This document shows positions 56,221 to 58,146 of a stretch of 58,146 nucleotides of DNA, one piece after another (the first letter of the stretch is position 1; each line of letters starts with the position of its first letter). The notes below the pieces were generated by a model, which was given only the letters and a program-made list of their open reading frames with translations, made no database searches and was not told the origin of the DNA. Source of the DNA: a virus (lineage: Duplodnaviria > Caudoviricetes). The stretch is from positions 1 to 58,146 of the IMG/VR virus record IMGVR_UViG_3300032320_002537; one strand, 5' to 3'. A program made the position numbers and the translations under genes.

Positions 56221-58073
56221 TTTCTTTTTGTTCTGTAAGATTTAATCTGCTTCTCGATAAGATCGCGACATTCATCTGCATATCCATTCTCAAGGTCGAT
56301 TATGTTTGCATCTTTGAAATATAGGATAAACGGTGAATGTGTTGCAATGATCACTTGGAAATGTTCGGATAGTTTATTCAAAGTGTCGAAAAGTTCAAGC
56401 TGTTTTGGTAGTGCTAATGCTTTTTCCGGTTCATCGAAGAGAAGAGTCATTTTACCCGTATCTGGCATGTTGAACCTTTTAGCATTAGTTCTCAAAATCT
56501 TTATATACTCTACCTCTGCTGCTGCCGATTCTTTATCTGCAACATCAGGGACTTCACTGAGCGAAGGTGGAGTCTGGATGATTTTCATGATTTTGTTAAT
56601 CTTATGGATACGGTATTGGCCACTGGAAGGTTTTTCTGCCATAATATCCATTTGCTCACCGCTCGATGTTATACCATCTGCGGATAACTTCTCATTGTCG
56701 AAAAACCATGTGAAATCATTTTTATTCAACATGTCTGAGTCATTATAGAATGTCGGTGCACCGTCCCATGTCACATCCGCATCGACATTAGATGGTGTAT
56801 AAGCTCGGTATACGAATGGGAAATGTGTTACCACCTTAGATGCTAACTTGGCAGGATTTGAAATCTGTGACCATCCGCCCTTTTCGATACCACAATATGC
56901 AGCAAGGGTTTTTATCGCCACCGATTTACCGGAATTATGTGTGACCAATCCGTTAGCTAAACAGTATAAATTAGTATCAGAATCAACATGAATATCATAT
57001 GTTTGCTCATAACTTTCTTTTCCGATAATAATTCCTATTCTATCAGGTTTATCTCGTAAAGTTTTTGCATTTATCTCTGTAAATAAATCTTTTTTTCTAG
57101 ATACTTGTAGATATGGTTCAATTTCCTGTAATATACGTAACACATCTGTATATCGTGTTATAGCTACGGTATAACATGGACCATTAACATACTTATCGCT
57201 ATCATCAATAAACATAGTAGAGTTCGTTTGAAACAATGCCAGAAAAAGCCAATTTAATGCGTTGATCACGGTTTCAGCTTGCATCGATATCGATAACATT
57301 AAAGCTTGCCTTTTTTTATGTATTGAACCATCGGTATCAATAATACCTGCGATAAAATTAATGCATGATTCTCTATCCCATGTTTTGATTTCTTCTAAAT
57401 CGACCCATTTTTCATGCGCTTTTCGTCTATGAACCCATTCCAAATAGATGTCGGATTTATCTAAACTATCGATCTCCCAAGTGTAATTTTCTCCATTTAA
57501 TTTTTTAAATGGACAATTTAGAATTTTCGCAAGTTTAGCGGGAACTTCTTCTGTGGCCGAAGAGATGTGGTATTTAGATGTAGATTGAACGCAACAACCA
57601 TCGCCTAACATAGCCCCGATCAAGTAAGCGTCTGGGACATTTTTTTTACCTAGAGGGGTTTTCGGAAAACATCTTTTTATAATCTGTGCTCCTTTATAGA
57701 ATTCATGAACTGGAGAACATTTAAATCTGCGAGAGGATTTATTTTTAGTAAGCCAAACATGATCATACGTGCTTTTCGCTAATAAGATCGTGTCAGATTT
57801 AAGTTCGACAACCTTCTTAATTCCAGTATTGAAGGTTTGTAGAATTTTTATAGGATTCCCATGTTCATCAAAAACATCGTCACCTATTCTAAGAGCCTCT
57901 ATAGCTTTCGGTCCATTAGGTGTTGCTACTAAAGTACCTTCTGCTAAACATCCGTTGCGTCCATATATAACATTCAAACGATTATCGAAACTAATCATCC
58001 TATTGTTATAATGAGGCATCGCCAAAGGGAAACCCGATTTAAATTTAAAGTCATATATCATATTTTTTAACAA
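56217..58073 (-). CDS. ABC/AAA_21-type ATPase interrupted by an intein
   Basis: Spliced Walker A GRNG|SGKS, SSGQ signature, LLFDEPE, IIATHSP. Confidence 0.85.
   Translation of the reverse strand: MLKNMIYDFKFKSGFPLAMPHYNNRMISFDNRLNVIYGRNGCLAEGTLVATPNGPKAIEALRIGDDVFDEHGNPIKILQTFNTGIKKVVELKSDTILLAKSTYDHVWLTKNKSSRRFKCSPVHEFYKGAQIIKRCFPKTPLGKKNVPDAYLIGAMLGDGCCVQSTSKYHISSATEEVPAKLAKILNCPFKKLNGENYTWEIDSLDKSDIYLEWVHRRKAHEKWVDLEEIKTWDRESCINFIAGIIDTDGSIHKKRQALMLSISMQAETVINALNWLFLALFQTNSTMFIDDSDKYVNGPCYTVAITRYTDVLRILQEIEPYLQVSRKKDLFTEINAKTLRDKPDRIGIIIGKESYEQTYDIHVDSDTNLYCLANGLVTHNSGKSVAIKTLAAYCGIEKGGWSQISNPAKLASKVVTHFPFVYRAYTPSNVDADVTWDGAPTFYNDSDMLNKNDFTWFFDNEKLSADGITSSGEQMDIMAEKPSSGQYRIHKINKIMKIIQTPPSLSEVPDVADKESAAAEVEYIKILRTNAKRFNMPDTGKMTLLFDEPEKALALPKQLELFDTLNKLSEHFQVIIATHSPFILYFKDANIIDLENGYADECRDLIEKQIKSYRTKRK
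56934..57950 (-). mobile_element. Intein (339 aa) with LAGLIDADG homing endonuclease
   Basis: Starts CLAEGT, TYDH block B, LIGAMLGDG and FIAGIIDTDG motifs, ends TYDIHV...VTHN followed by Ser. Confidence 0.93.
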
Positions 58074-58146
58074 AATTACCTCTAAGCCCGAATCCGATAT
58101 TTTTTGTCAAAATATCTGCACCCAATTCATCATAATTCACCCCCAC

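Noticed and set aside
58082-58110. Sigma70 promoter upstream of the ATPase (TTGACA at 58110-58105)
   Set aside because: No acceptable -10 hexamer at 16-18 nt spacing
1-58146. tRNA, rRNA or CRISPR arrays
   Set aside because: None recognised by eye; intergenic gaps are short and explained by promoters. tRNAscan-SE or Infernal would be needed to exclude them
1-58146. Stop-codon reassignment
   Set aside because: Core genes are full length under the standard code and end in TAA, TGA or TAG

Overview
This 58 kb window is part of a large T4-like (myovirus-type) bacteriophage genome, AT-rich and read in the standard genetic code. The minus strand carries a dispersed T4-type replication/recombination/transcription set: gp61 primase, gp62, gp45 clamp, gp32 SSB, gp41 helicase, UvsX, gp43 polymerase, gp46/47, gp55 late sigma, UvsW and UvsY. 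The plus strand at about 9-24 kb carries a baseplate module (tube-like protein, two gp26-like proteins, gp29-, gp48-, gp53- and gp27-like proteins, and a gp5 split into two genes), followed by a GH46-like lysin. Between gp46 and gp47 lies an island of 11 glycosyl-/methyltransferase genes, with three more glycosyltransferases elsewhere in the window, a lone TnpB element and a receiver-domain gene. Other selfish elements are a Zn-repeat/Vsr-like endonuclease, a GIY-YIG nuclease and a LAGLIDADG intein in an ABC-type ATPase. Main observations: (1) about 20 genes have TAAATA 5-9 nt before the start codon, implying near-leaderless late mRNAs; (2) six unrelated late genes begin with a peptide resembling the T4 capsid-targeting signal, suggesting packaged and injected proteins; (3) an unannotated 25-aa membrane peptide with a near-consensus sigma70 promoter runs antisense inside the baseplate module; (4) an orphan in-frame second C-terminus follows the glycine-rich fibre gene; (5) cell-wall-enzyme-like domains are appended to the hub and spike proteins. 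All family calls come from motif recognition by eye; no database search was run.
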